From NCBI GenBank assembly GCA_016190065.1, contig JACPRI010000259.1, positions 1 to 54,179 of the forward strand: a stretch of DNA of 54,179 bases. Direction: 5' to 3'. The notes beneath the pieces were generated by a model that saw nothing but the letters and a program-made list of their open reading frames with translations, did no database searches and was not told the origin of the DNA. Origin of the DNA: Verrucomicrobiota bacterium. GTDB taxonomy: Bacteria > Verrucomicrobiota > Verrucomicrobiia > Limisphaerales > SIBE01. A program made the translations under genes and the position numbers. Shown here one piece after another: positions 42,099-52,107 of the stretch; positions within the stretch are counted from its first letter, which is position 1; every line of letters starts with the position of its first letter.

Positions 42099-43082
42099 CT
42101 ATTTCGTTTCCCGCCGAGCGAGCACGGCTCCGCCCACGATGCCGGCGTCGTCGCCGAGTTTGGAGGCGATGATCTCGATTCCTTTGGCCGTTCCGGACAG
42201 CGCGTAATCCTTCGCGGTCTCAACGATGATGGCCATCATGTCATCCTCCAGCGCGTAGATGATCCCGCCGCCCAACACCACGACTTCCGGGTTGAGCAGA
42301 TTGATGACGTTGGCGACGCCAATGCCGATGTACTCGGCGGCTTCCTCAATGAGCTTTTCGAGAAATTTGTCGCCTTTCCGAAGCGCCTTGCGAAGGTCCC
42401 CGCTGCGCATGTCGAGGATATCGTCGCCCAGGATGTCGGTCAGGATGGTTTTCTGGCCGTCTTTGACGGCAGCCTGGATTTTCCGAAAGATCGCCTGGCG
42501 GCTGGCGACGGCTTCGAAGCAACCGCGATTGCCGCAACTGCACTTCGGTCCCCCCACTTCGACCACCATGTGGCCAATCTCGCCGGCGGATCGGTTGAAT
42601 CCGGAGTAGGGTTTGCCATTCAGGATCAAGCCGGCGCCGATGCCCGTGCCGATGAAAATCCCGACCACGTCTTTCGGTTTGGACTGCAACTCGCACTCAT
42701 ACACGCCCAGGGTGCAGACATTGCAGTCGTTCTCCACGAACACCGGCGTGTCGAGCAACTTCTCCAGCTCCTTTTTCAACGGCGCGTCTTCCCAGCCCAA
42801 GTTGGGCGCGACGATCACGTGGCCGTTTTCGGGATCGACCGGGCCGGGAGCCCCGACGCCCACGCCTTTGACTTTCTTGAGATCGAGGTCGCACTCGTCC
42901 ACCGCGTCCCGCACGCACCGGGCGATGCGCTCGATGACCGCTTCCGGGCCACGCTGAGCTTTGGTGCTGACCTTGGCTCGACCGGCACACTTGAGGTTGT
43001 GGCTGAAGACCCCGGCGAGAATTTTCGTCCCGCCGAGATCGACCCCAATGTAGTATTCCTGCTTGCCACCGGATTCGGCCAT
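42099..43082 (-). CDS. ROK-family glucokinase
   Basis: IGVDLGGTKI, and the ROK zinc motif GHMVVEVGGPKCSCGNRGCFEAVAS. Confidence 0.9.
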   Translation of the reverse strand: MAESGGKQEYYIGVDLGGTKILAGVFSHNLKCAGRAKVSTKAQRGPEAVIERIARCVRDAVDECDLDLKKVKGVGVGAPGPVDPENGHVIVAPNLGWEDAPLKKELEKLLDTPVFVENDCNVCTLGVYECELQSKPKDVVGIFIGTGIGAGLILNGKPYSGFNRSAGEIGHMVVEVGGPKCSCGNRGCFEAVASRQAIFRKIQAAVKDGQKTILTDILGDDILDMRSGDLRKALRKGDKFLEKLIEEAAEYIGIGVANVINLLNPEVVVLGGGIIYALEDDMMAIIVETAKDYALSGTAKGIEIIASKLGDDAGIVGGAVLARRETK

Positions 43083-43329
43083 ATGACATCAAGCCCACTG
43101 CTCTTCATCCATCTGCCCCGAAGCACACTGACTCAGACCTCTGTCTGTTTGCGATAATTCCCAAAGACGAGGGGCCCCAGACTCGATGATCCTATTCACC
43201 ACAAGCGTTGGCGAAGGTCAATGGGGAAAGGGGCGTTCAGAAAGAGAACGTCCACCCAGCCCTCAGTCCCTGGGCGGAATTTGCGGAACTATGAGCCAAA
43301 TCTGCGAAACGGACGAGCCGCCCGCCAAA

Positions 43330-43353
43330 GTCGTTAAATCGTTAAATCGGTCA
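43330..43353. repeat. octamer array (..CGTTAA)
   Basis: GTCGTTAA ATCGTTAA ATCGGTCA. Confidence 0.6.
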
Positions 43354-43400
43354 AATGATGGGAGAAGAAACTGACCGCATCTTGGGAGCAAGCGTCCTGC

Positions 43401-43450
43401 CCATTTAACCTATTTAACCCATTCAACGATTTAACGACGATTTAGCGATT
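43401..43450. repeat. octamer-phased AT-rich array containing ATTCAACGATTTAACGA
   Basis: CATTTAAC CTATTTAA CCCATTCA ACGATTTA ACGACGAT TTAGCGAT shares the core TCAACGATTTAAC with the 32-nt motif. Confidence 0.6.
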
Positions 43451-43473
43451 TGATGCGTTGTATCGCTAACGCT

Positions 43474-44322
43474 TCACAAGTCGGTCAGAAGGTCCGGGTG
43501 CGGCTCGTTGTCGTTGTTCCATCGCCGGAGGGCCGGATCGGTTCGCTGGAACAGCTTTTCTTCCTTGAGGTTCTCGGAATGGCCGTCGCAGAAAGTGAGG
43601 TTGTAGGTGCCCCTATGACGCGCTTTGCTGGCTCGCGCGGCATCGGCGCTGAAGAAATTCTTCGCCGCTTGAGCATTGTTGCGGATGTTGATGTCGAGCA
43701 ATCCGTGCCCGCTGTAGGTGGTCGGGCCTTTGAGATTGTAATAGGCCTTCAACATCAGCGGCGTCACCAGGACTAGTGGAGCGTCTCCGAAGGCAATCAT
43801 GTCGGCGGGCGCCTTTACTTTGGCGTCGGGGATGGCTGCCCATTCGTCCAGGCCGGAGATCTTGGCGTAACCGCCGAGGCCAAGTTCGCTGAGCTCGAAC
43901 TGAACTCCGCTGGCGTTGTATCCGTAGCTGCCCAACGGCACGGCGCCTTCCGTGCCCCGGATCGTCATGCCTTTGTAGGTCGGACAGCGATACAGAGGTT
44001 CCGTCCATTGGCTCGCGGTGTACGGCTGCAGTTCGTCGTACCAATAGACATACCAATCGCTCACATCCGGATTCACATTGTAGATGGGATACGCCTTGTG
44101 ATCATCGACGTACATCGTGGTGGCGATTCCGAACTGGCGGACGTTGTTTCGGCATTTGGCCGACAACGCGCTGGACTTGGCGTTGGACAGCGCGGGCAGG
44201 AGCATCCCGGCCAGGATGGCGATGATCGCGATCACCACCAGCAGTTCGATCAGCGTGAAGGCTCGAAGGGCCGTCGAATTTCCAGTTGCACCACGCGACG
44301 TTTTCACAGCACTGAATTGCAA
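43474..44322 (-). CDS. prepilin-type N-terminal methylation-domain protein, DUF1559 family
   Basis: [26 protein letters not shown] and a C-terminal FCDGHSENL motif. Start TTG 44322 or GTG 44307. Confidence 0.9.
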   Translation of the reverse strand: MQFSAVKTSRGATGNSTALRAFTLIELLVVIAIIAILAGMLLPALSNAKSSALSAKCRNNVRQFGIATTMYVDDHKAYPIYNVNPDVSDWYVYWYDELQPYTASQWTEPLYRCPTYKGMTIRGTEGAVPLGSYGYNASGVQFELSELGLGGYAKISGLDEWAAIPDAKVKAPADMIAFGDAPLVLVTPLMLKAYYNLKGPTTYSGHGLLDINIRNNAQAAKNFFSADAARASKARHRGTYNLTFCDGHSENLKEEKLFQRTDPALRRWNNDNEPHPDLLTDL

Positions 44323-44325
44323 GGT

Positions 44326-45447
44326 CTAATTCGCCACGCCGACGACCCGATAGAACCGCGCGGTGGTGGAATTCGAGATCGAATCCAGCAGAAAGGGCTC
44401 TTTCGTCTCGCCCAATTTCGACCACGAATCGTTCTGTCCGGGGTTGGTCGTGTACTCGACGCGATACAGGCCCGCGTTCGCTTTGTCCCAGTTGATCAGG
44501 ATCCGGCCGCTGGTGACCGTGATTTTCAACCCCGTGATGCCCGCCACCGGACGCTCTCCCGGGACTCCGGAACGGTTGGTCTCGAAGAGCCGGATGAAGG
44601 AAGTCGCCGTCGTGAAATTGTCGGGCGGCGCTGTGCTCTGCTCCCTTGAATTGACCTGGGCAACGATCCCGTAGCCCGAGCGCAGCCAGTAGTAATTGCG
44701 GCTGAATTGCTGCGTGACCGGCTGGAATTGACCGTCCCCGAAGAGATCGACCTCGACGTCGTACTGAACCAGTTCGTTCACCCTCAGCGCTTCGCCAAAA
44801 CCGATGTTCGGATTCGGCAGATTGACCAGGCCGTGCGCGTCCACGCTGAACGTCGAGGTCACCTTGAACACAGCGCTGATGGAGACTTCTTCCGGCGGCG
44901 CTGTAGGATCTTCAGGATCGGGTTCGCTGAAGGTCGCGATGTCGATCTGGTAACTGGTGCTCGTCGTCCAGGTATCCTTGTAATTGATGATTTCGGGAAA
45001 ATCGACGATCGGTTCGCTGAATTTAACGGACGGTTTGTTGGGATTGGCGTCGGCGTCATAAAAGCCATAAACCTTCCGCCCGACGCCCGGCACCTGCTCC
45101 AGGTAAAGCCAATTCCTTGTGCCATTGGCCTCTTCGGTTTTCCGCTCGGCAAACTTGGCATTCGGGAAGTCCGCGCCGTGATCGCCGTCGGTCGCGGCAA
45201 CATAGTCAAAGCGGTAAACCTGATCGCTCGGCCCGGAGGTGAAATCCCAGACTTGCGGCCCGCCCGCGACGCCCAGCTTGCCACTGACGGACACGCTGCC
45301 CTTGTTCGCGTAGGCCCGGTAGTACTGCCCGATCTGGTTGAACATGTCCCTGGACGAGATGGTCACTTGCGCGTGCGCCGGGCTGAACGCAGACAGACCG
45401 AGCGCAAGGATCGAACCGAGCCGGACGAGATTCTTCGATGATGTCAT
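44326..45447 (-). CDS. secreted hypothetical protein
   Basis: Signal peptide LGSILALGLSAFSPAHA. It is beta-rich with low Arg content, has a C-terminal small beta domain, and ends 3 nt before the DUF1559 gene. Confidence 0.75.
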   Translation of the reverse strand: MTSSKNLVRLGSILALGLSAFSPAHAQVTISSRDMFNQIGQYYRAYANKGSVSVSGKLGVAGGPQVWDFTSGPSDQVYRFDYVAATDGDHGADFPNAKFAERKTEEANGTRNWLYLEQVPGVGRKVYGFYDADANPNKPSVKFSEPIVDFPEIINYKDTWTTSTSYQIDIATFSEPDPEDPTAPPEEVSISAVFKVTSTFSVDAHGLVNLPNPNIGFGEALRVNELVQYDVEVDLFGDGQFQPVTQQFSRNYYWLRSGYGIVAQVNSREQSTAPPDNFTTATSFIRLFETNRSGVPGERPVAGITGLKITVTSGRILINWDKANAGLYRVEYTTNPGQNDSWSKLGETKEPFLLDSISNSTTARFYRVVGVAN

Positions 45448-45795
45448 AGCCGTCTCCAGACTTTGTTAGCAGTCCAATTGTCCCGTGATTTTATAGCACT
45501 ATCGGTGCCAGCCGGAAGCTGGGCTCGGTGCGATATCCGCCGCGGTTTGCCGGCGAAGCGCGTCGGGATCGAAATCACTTTCGGCGTAGCGCTTCCACAA
45601 ACCGAGCCGCTTCGGCCACGCTTTTAATCTCGTAAAGTTTCCAAGATTAGCAAGAGCCAACTTGCGGCTTCCCGGCGCGTCGCGCGCGACTGCAACCACG
45701 CGTGCGTCTTTTCTCCCGCGTCCATTCGCGGTTCAACTCCGCTTTGAGGTTTAACTTGCTTGGGATCGGTCGTTGCCTATGGTCCGATCCCATCT

Positions 45796-46854
45796 ATGAG
45801 CAATTCGACCACGCCCCCCTGCCGACGCACCGGGCTTTCCCCCAACTCTCTTGCGTCCATGGCCGCCTTACTGGCTTTGGCCATCCTGACTCGCGGCGGC
45901 GAGGTTGAAGGGGTGCCAGCGGCGCACGAAAAAGAGGGAACCCGGACCGAAACGTGGAAGATCGAGCGCGGCCAGCTCTCGGTGTTGTTTCTGGACAATT
46001 CCCAGTCGCCGCGCGTCTTGAGCGGAATTGACGCCTTGTTTCACTCGCAGGCCGCTCCGGAATTCGACGCTTTTGACCCCGACGGCGCGGGTGCTTCCGC
46101 CGGGTTGAACTTCGAGCACGTGATCAGCGGCCATCCCAATCCCGCCAATTCCTTCACGCCGCGCAAAGGAAAGTATGAGTTGTTCCGGCTGCCGGATGGC
46201 GTGTCGGTTGAGTTGGTCCGAAAAGCGGAGGACGACCCGTGGGCGCTCGCATCGACGTTCCGTTACACGGTGCGGGAACCGCATTACGTCGATTTCGAGT
46301 TCCGATGCCAGGCCAGCGATCCCAGACTCTTCGGCGAGCGCGGATATGCCGTTCTCTTTTTCGCAGACTACATGAACGACGTCGAAGAGGTGCCGATCTA
46401 TTTTCGCGGCGTGGAAATCGCAGGCGCGCCGGAGAAATGGATTCGCGCCGAAGCGCCCTCAGGGCATCCGGACTACAACACTGGCGGCACCTATCGCAGC
46501 ATCGCGGCTCGGGACCTCGAATACGACCGCAACCACAATTTCAAACTCAACCTCTGGAGCTACGATTATCCCCGCTTTACCCAGCCGTTCTATTACGGCC
46601 GCGCTGCGCGCGGGATAGCCTTTATGTTAATGTTTGACCGAATCTGGAGCGCCGAGGACGAGATTCGCTTCAGCCTGTTCAAGTTCAAAGTTCCGCGCCA
46701 TCCGCGTCCGGCCTGGGATTTTCAATACGTCATTCACAAAGTTGAAGCGGGCAAGTCATACGGCTTTAGGGGGCGGTTGGTGTGGAAGAAATTCATCAGT
46801 CCGGAAGATTGCCAGGAGGAATACGCGAAATGGAGCGGGGGAAAATCCAAGTGA
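45796..46854 (+). CDS. hypothetical exported protein
   Basis: ATG 45796, N-terminus CRRTGLSPNSLASMAALLALAIL, and balanced aromatic-rich composition. No family recognised. Confidence 0.7.
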   Translation: MSNSTTPPCRRTGLSPNSLASMAALLALAILTRGGEVEGVPAAHEKEGTRTETWKIERGQLSVLFLDNSQSPRVLSGIDALFHSQAAPEFDAFDPDGAGASAGLNFEHVISGHPNPANSFTPRKGKYELFRLPDGVSVELVRKAEDDPWALASTFRYTVREPHYVDFEFRCQASDPRLFGERGYAVLFFADYMNDVEEVPIYFRGVEIAGAPEKWIRAEAPSGHPDYNTGGTYRSIAARDLEYDRNHNFKLNLWSYDYPRFTQPFYYGRAARGIAFMLMFDRIWSAEDEIRFSLFKFKVPRHPRPAWDFQYVIHKVEAGKSYGFRGRLVWKKFISPEDCQEEYAKWSGGKSK

Positions 46855-46859
46855 AGGGG

Positions 46860-46878
46860 GACAGGCAGGATGCCTGTC
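46860..46878. terminator. family G hairpin between convergent genes, candidate bidirectional terminator
   Basis: GACAGGCA-gga-TGCCTGTC lies 6 nt after the plus-strand stop and abuts the minus-strand stop. The U-tract is weak (CTACTTTGA). Confidence 0.45.
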
Positions 46879-48453
46879 CTACTTTGACGACGTCCAATTG
46901 AGCACCTGTTTGTCCTCCAAAAGCCGGCGGCGGAGCTGCTCATAACCCACTTTCTGAACCGGAATTCGTTCGTCGATCGCGAGACTGCCTGCGGTGGCGG
47001 CGGATTGGCCCAGGATCATGAAGACCGGTTCCATCCGGATCGATCCGTAGGCGATATGGGTCGCGGACAAGCAGACGGGCACGAACAGATTTTCGCACTC
47101 GCTTTGCTTCGGGACAATCGACCGATACGAAATCGGATACGGCTTCACCGACACCTGAACATCGCCTTCGTTGAGCACGCGCCCGTTTTTCGCGATGCGC
47201 TGGCAATTATGTGAATCCATGTTGTAAGCGCCCAGCCCGACCGCGTCCTCCGCTTTGACGGTGCCGCGACAGTTGTGCTCGGTCATGACGTAATCCGAGA
47301 TCAGGCGGCGCGCTTCGCGGACGTAGAGTTGATTCGGCCACCCGCCGGTGTCGAGGAATTCGTCTTTGGCCGGACCCCACCGCTGCATTTCGTCGCGCAT
47401 GTTCTTGGGCACGCGCGGGTCGGTCGCGAGGAAATGGATGAGGCCGCGCGTGTAATCCTCGTGAGCTTTCGCGATCTTGGCGCGCGTCGCGTAGTCGGCT
47501 TCCGGGTATTCGTAGTTCATGCCGATGAAGTCGGTCGAGAACCCGCCGTTGTTGTTGATGTCGGTCTTGCCGTTCGGCATCCAGATCGGGTGCCAGAATT
47601 GGCTGAGCGTTGGCTTTTGGCCCGCGGCCACGAGCGCTTCAAGGTAACGCGCGAGCAATTCGTACCGGGCGGGATCGTAGTTGGCAGGTCTCGGCAGCGG
47701 GAGGCGCAACGCGGCGTTCGTTGTGAAGCAAAGGCGATAGTTGTAGGTTTGCACCCGATGATCGCCCTCGCCCGGCACGCCGCCGTCGCCCGTTTGAGTG
47801 AACGGTAACAAACCGCTCGTGGGCTCGCCCGCTTTCACGTAAGGATCGACGCGCACCGTGAATTGGTGTTTGGGCGTCTCGGCACGAATGCCGTTGAGAG
47901 TCTCGCCGTATTGGGAATTCGCTTCGCGTCCGACGGTGTAACTGATCTTGGCCTTCGCCATCAAATCGCCTTCGTAGGTCGCGTCGATGAACATCTTCGC
48001 TCGAAAAATCTTGCCGCTGTCCATCGCGATCTCGGTGATCCGCGCGCCTTCCTTTCTCACCGATGCCAGCCGTTGCTGGAGATACACAGGCACGCGAGCT
48101 TCGTTGACCATTTGAAAAAAGAGGTTCTCGGCCACGTGCGGCTCGAAGGTCCACTGTTCGTCCTTGCCGTAATGCCGGCCAAGCCGGCGATAGAATTCTC
48201 GCGAAATACCGCCGATGGCCGCCTTATTGCCAATGTCAGTCGCGCCTAGGCCGCCCGTGGTCATGCCGCCCAAATGATTCCCGAATTCCGCCACCACCGC
48301 CGTCTTTCCCAGGCGCGCCGCTTGCACGGCCGCGACGATCCCGCCGGAGGTTCCTCCATAAACGCAAAAGTCGGTTTCAATGATTTCACCGGCCCGGAGT
48401 CCCAGGCATGCCGGAAGGAGAATTGGGAGGAGCGTGATTTGTCTGATTTTCAT
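46879..48453 (-). CDS. secreted FAD-dependent oxidoreductase (PF12831-like)
   Basis: Signal peptide MKIRQITLLPILLPACLG, then the dinucleotide-binding VYGGTSGGIVAAVQAARLGKTAVVAE ... LGGMTTGGLG. Confidence 0.85.
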   Translation of the reverse strand: MKIRQITLLPILLPACLGLRAGEIIETDFCVYGGTSGGIVAAVQAARLGKTAVVAEFGNHLGGMTTGGLGATDIGNKAAIGGISREFYRRLGRHYGKDEQWTFEPHVAENLFFQMVNEARVPVYLQQRLASVRKEGARITEIAMDSGKIFRAKMFIDATYEGDLMAKAKISYTVGREANSQYGETLNGIRAETPKHQFTVRVDPYVKAGEPTSGLLPFTQTGDGGVPGEGDHRVQTYNYRLCFTTNAALRLPLPRPANYDPARYELLARYLEALVAAGQKPTLSQFWHPIWMPNGKTDINNNGGFSTDFIGMNYEYPEADYATRAKIAKAHEDYTRGLIHFLATDPRVPKNMRDEMQRWGPAKDEFLDTGGWPNQLYVREARRLISDYVMTEHNCRGTVKAEDAVGLGAYNMDSHNCQRIAKNGRVLNEGDVQVSVKPYPISYRSIVPKQSECENLFVPVCLSATHIAYGSIRMEPVFMILGQSAATAGSLAIDERIPVQKVGYEQLRRRLLEDKQVLNWTSSK

Positions 48454-48481
48454 ACGAATCGATTCTTGACGTCGCATGCAG

Positions 48482-49606
48482 TTAGACTGGGATCGAAACG
48501 ATTCCCTGGAGCATGGCTTCAAACTCCGCGGCGCGCACGGACCAGCGGCAGTGGGCGTTCATGTACGCCACTTGTTGCTGGAGGCTTTGTCCGAGCTTTT
48601 CATCGCTGCGTTTGAATTCCTCCAGGAGCGCCAGCGCCCGATTAATGAAATGCCGGCCTTGAACGATCTTGCCGTCTTCCAGTTCGATGACATGGCCAAA
48701 ACCAGCCATGACTTCGGGGAGCGCGCCCAGGCCCGAACAAATCACCACGCACCCGGCGGCCATGGCTTCCATAATGCAGATGCTGGAGACTTCCGGCAAC
48801 GTGCTCGGGAAAAACAAAACCAGCGTGGTCTTGAGCGTCCGGGCGAGAAGTGGCTGGCTCACGTTGCCAATGTAATTCACGCCGAGCATCGCGCGGCACG
48901 ATTCGTAAAACTCGTACCAGGACCGGTCCAAACGGTGTTCGTTGTTCGGTGGATACATCTCGAAACTGGAGAAAATGTTCAGGGTCACCGTTCGATCCAC
49001 TTTCCGCAACTCGCGGAAAAACACCGTGGCCGCCTTGAGTCCTTTGTAGGGCGTGCTGGTAAACGCCATCACCGGCGGCCAGGCTTTGAAATCAAGGATC
49101 GAATCGCGATCCACGAATAACGACTCGAAGAACGGAGAGATGGCGTTGCGCAACACGAATATCCGGCCGGCGGGGACGTTGCCGCCGGCGATGTAATTGT
49201 TCCGCTGCCATTCGCTCACGCACAGAATCAAATCACGAGCGCAGAGGGGCGACCGAAGGAACGCAGTGTAGTTGGCGTCCGGGCTCCATGGATTGTGTTC
49301 CCAGCAAAAAATCAGAACGTCCGGGCCGAGCTTCTGCCTCAATTCGCGGGCATGATTCGGTGAATTGAGGACAAGGATAACGTCCGGCTTCCCCCAATTC
49401 GCAAACTCGTGCAAGGGCGCGCAGCGAACTCCACGCAAGACGCGGCTCGCCGTGGTTCCGTTGAACAACCCCACCTCATGTCCGCGCCGCGCCAGCTCGA
49501 CGGCCAGATAGCATTGCGCGGATTGCGAACCCGCCAGCGCTTGTCGGAACGGCGTCTCGACGTCGTATTCGTGCGCCAGATTTGGATTGAGGAACGCGAT
49601 GCGCAT
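48482..49606 (-). CDS. GT4-like glycosyltransferase
   Basis: Start at MRIAFLNPNL (ATG 49606). The track ORF is extended 93 codons through a family-C repeat. The C-terminal EVSSICIMEAMAAGCVVICS matches the GT-B E-x7-E-like region. Confidence 0.75.
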   Translation of the reverse strand: MRIAFLNPNLAHEYDVETPFRQALAGSQSAQCYLAVELARRGHEVGLFNGTTASRVLRGVRCAPLHEFANWGKPDVILVLNSPNHARELRQKLGPDVLIFCWEHNPWSPDANYTAFLRSPLCARDLILCVSEWQRNNYIAGGNVPAGRIFVLRNAISPFFESLFVDRDSILDFKAWPPVMAFTSTPYKGLKAATVFFRELRKVDRTVTLNIFSSFEMYPPNNEHRLDRSWYEFYESCRAMLGVNYIGNVSQPLLARTLKTTLVLFFPSTLPEVSSICIMEAMAAGCVVICSGLGALPEVMAGFGHVIELEDGKIVQGRHFINRALALLEEFKRSDEKLGQSLQQQVAYMNAHCRWSVRAAEFEAMLQGIVSIPV

Positions 49607-49667
49607 GCGTGGCAAAAACCGAAGCCACTCTATTTGGCCACTGAGAGTTCGCAACCCCGAATGTCCC

Positions 49668-49760
49668 TGAACCTGGTAGGGACGGATTCCACTCCGTCGC
49701 TGACTCGGCTCAGTGATCGAAAAAACAATCTCAGGGACGCGGTGGAACGCGTCCTTACCA
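49668..49760 (+). repeat. family C element, copy 2
   Basis: TGAACCTGGTAGGGACGGATTCCACTCCGTCGC ... CAGGGACGCGGTGGAACGCGTCCTTACCA, in the divergent intergenic region. Confidence 0.85.
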
Positions 49761-49898
49761 GTTCGGGATCCTAGAAACAGCAGTTCAACGAGTAGCAGGA
49801 CGACAAACTCATTGACGGTCTCCGGCCTTGCCCCAGACTGTCGTCGCTCGATCGCCGTCGGATCAGGAGTCGCGATCGGACGCAAGTCGGGCGCGCGT

Positions 49899-52106
49899 AT
49901 GCCGAACTCAGGGGAGCCGATTCAAGACGCGATCAACCTTTTTGCCGGAAACCAAATCGAAAGCGCCGCGCACGCGTTCGAGGGCGTTCTGGCCGCCGAA
50001 CCGAATCACGCTGTGGCCTTGCACTTCCTGGGCTTGTGCAAACATCGCCAGCGGCAACAAGACGCGGCCCTGGCGCTGCTGCTGAAGTCCATCGAGTTGG
50101 AGCCCAACCGGGCAGCCTTCCACAGTAACCTGGGTTTGTTTTTCGCCGAATTGAATGATTTGGATCGCGCGTTGGACGCGTACTCGAAAGCGCTCCGCCT
50201 CGATTTCAATTCCGCTCAAACCCATACCAACCTCGGAAATGTCCTGCAAAAGAAGGGGCAGAACGGGAAAGCCCTCGAATCGTTTCAGACCGCGCTCCGG
50301 ATCAATCCGGAATTCTCCCAGGCCTGGAACAATCTCGGGAGTGCGCTGGCGACCGAGGGCCGCACGCAGGAGGCTATCGACGCCTTCGAGAAGGCGCTCC
50401 GCCTTTCCCCGTCGCTTGCCGAGATCCATTTGAATCTTGGAAATCTTTACCTGGCCGAGGGCAACCCTGACGCCGCGTTGGAAAAGTTCCAAACCGCGGC
50501 TCGACTTCGCCCGAACTACGCCGACGCGCTCCTCGGCGTCGCACGTGTTCTGAAAAACAAAGACGACTCCGCGGCCGCGGTGCATCAATTACGGCAAGTG
50601 GTGCAGCGCGCGCCATCAAATGCGAAGGCATTTCTCGAGCTGGGCAACGTCCTGCGGGAGAGCGGCCAGTTCGACGAAGCACTGGCTTGCTTTGAGAACG
50701 CCGCCGCGCTTGATCCCACCAATCTTTACGCCCAATGGAATGCGTGTCTGGCGTTGCCGATCATTTACCCGAACGCCGATGCCATTCAACTTCACCGCCA
50801 TCGATGGCAGAGGGGGGTCAAAAAGCTGTTGAGCTTCATCGAGGCGCGAGCGAGCGCCGGCTCCAGATCCTGGTTCTCCGCGCCGCACACCAATTTCTAT
50901 CTGCACTATCAGGGTTTCAACGATCTGGCGGAGCAAAGGACGTACGCCAAGGTGATCTCACGCCTGGCATCTCAGGCTTATCCTGAATGGTCGCGGCCTG
51001 TAGCCGCACGTCCCGTCGCCGGCAGAAGAATCAAAGTCGGCTTCATTTCGGCCTTTTTTAGTCTGCACACGGTCTTCAAACTTTTTCACGGATGGATCAA
51101 GCACCTCAACCCGGAGTTGTTCGAGACACACTGCTTTCACCTGGGCAAAGATTTCGACAAAGCGTCGAGGCACGTGCGGGATCATGTTCGAGATTTCTTT
51201 TCGAACTTTCGATCCAATGACCAAATCATCGAGCAGATCCGGGCGAGCGAACTTGATGTTCTGATCTACCCGGAGATCGGCATGGACCCCGTCACGCAAA
51301 GCCTGGCCGCTTTGCGCCTGGCGCCGGTCCAGTGCATGGCGTGGGGGCATCCTGTGACTTCGGGCCTGGAGACCATCGATTATTTTCTGTCGAGCGAACT
51401 GATGGAAGGCCCGGACGCCGATTCGCATTATTCGGAAAAATTGATCCGGCTGCCCCACCTCTCCATTTTCTATCCGCCGCCGGACATCAGCATCGCCCAA
51501 AAGCCGGAGGGGTTGGGCGAGGCGGACAAGAGCAAGGCACGTTTTCTCTGTCTGCAAAGCCTCTTCAAGCTGCTGCCACAATATGATGATCTGTTTCCGA
51601 AAATCGCGGCGCAGGCGCCCGAGTCCGAATTCTGGTTCATCGGTTTGGATTCAAGGGAGCTGACGGAGCTCTTCCGCACGAGGCTGGCCGAAGCCTTCAC
51701 GAAGCATGGATTCGACCCCGGCCGGCATCTGCGCCTTTTCCCGAAAATGAAGTTCGGACCCTTCCTCGGCCTGATCCGCGAGGCGGACATCATCCTGGAC
51801 AGTGTCGGCTGGTCCGGCGGGAACACGACGCTCGAAGCCATTGCCTTCGACAAGCCCATCGTGACGCTGCCGGGCGAGCTGATGCGCTCACGGCACACGT
51901 ATGCGATTCTGCGGCGAATGGGTGTGGAAGAGACTGTGGCCACGGACCTGGAGGATTATGTCAAGATCTCCGCGCGCCTGGCGTCGGACAAACCGTGGCG
52001 TTCGCAAATAGGCGCTCAAATCCACGCCAGTAAGGATCGAGTCTATAATGGCTACGAGGCTGTGAAGGGACTGGAACGATTCCTGGCTAACGCCATGACA
52101 AAGTAG
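49899..52106 (+). CDS. TPR-repeat protein fused to a GT41 (SPINDLY/OGT-like) glycosyltransferase domain
   Basis: Start at MPNSGEPIQ (ATG 49899). About 9 TPR units (AL.L.P..A.AH.NLG) are followed by IKVGFISAFF ... CMAWGHPVTSGLETIDYFLSS ... SVGWSGGNTTLEAI, typical of bacterial GT41 domains. Confidence 0.85.
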   Translation: MPNSGEPIQDAINLFAGNQIESAAHAFEGVLAAEPNHAVALHFLGLCKHRQRQQDAALALLLKSIELEPNRAAFHSNLGLFFAELNDLDRALDAYSKALRLDFNSAQTHTNLGNVLQKKGQNGKALESFQTALRINPEFSQAWNNLGSALATEGRTQEAIDAFEKALRLSPSLAEIHLNLGNLYLAEGNPDAALEKFQTAARLRPNYADALLGVARVLKNKDDSAAAVHQLRQVVQRAPSNAKAFLELGNVLRESGQFDEALACFENAAALDPTNLYAQWNACLALPIIYPNADAIQLHRHRWQRGVKKLLSFIEARASAGSRSWFSAPHTNFYLHYQGFNDLAEQRTYAKVISRLASQAYPEWSRPVAARPVAGRRIKVGFISAFFSLHTVFKLFHGWIKHLNPELFETHCFHLGKDFDKASRHVRDHVRDFFSNFRSNDQIIEQIRASELDVLIYPEIGMDPVTQSLAALRLAPVQCMAWGHPVTSGLETIDYFLSSELMEGPDADSHYSEKLIRLPHLSIFYPPPDISIAQKPEGLGEADKSKARFLCLQSLFKLLPQYDDLFPKIAAQAPESEFWFIGLDSRELTELFRTRLAEAFTKHGFDPGRHLRLFPKMKFGPFLGLIREADIILDSVGWSGGNTTLEAIAFDKPIVTLPGELMRSRHTYAILRRMGVEETVATDLEDYVKISARLASDKPWRSQIGAQIHASKDRVYNGYEAVKGLERFLANAMTK

Positions 52107-52107
52107 C

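Noticed and set aside
45499-45699. A 66-aa minus-strand ORF in the 350-nt divergent spacer between the 373-aa and 352-aa hypothetical genes.
   Set aside because: It has no recognisable motif and an Arg/Ala-rich composition typical of random GC-rich ORFs. It would sit in a likely promoter region. I cannot exclude a small protein without conservation data.
49607-49898. N-terminal extensions of the GT4 gene (to 49885) and the TPR-GT41 gene (from 49713) suggested by the ORF track.
   Set aside because: Both extensions are read through family-C copy 2, which is stop-free on both strands, and they overlap each other. Conserved protein sequence begins at ATG 49606 and ATG 49899 respectively. The same reasoning trimmed the starts at 24854 (rsmB), 27732 (ffh), 48522, 45760, 52213, 4507, 16213, 18711 and 22071.
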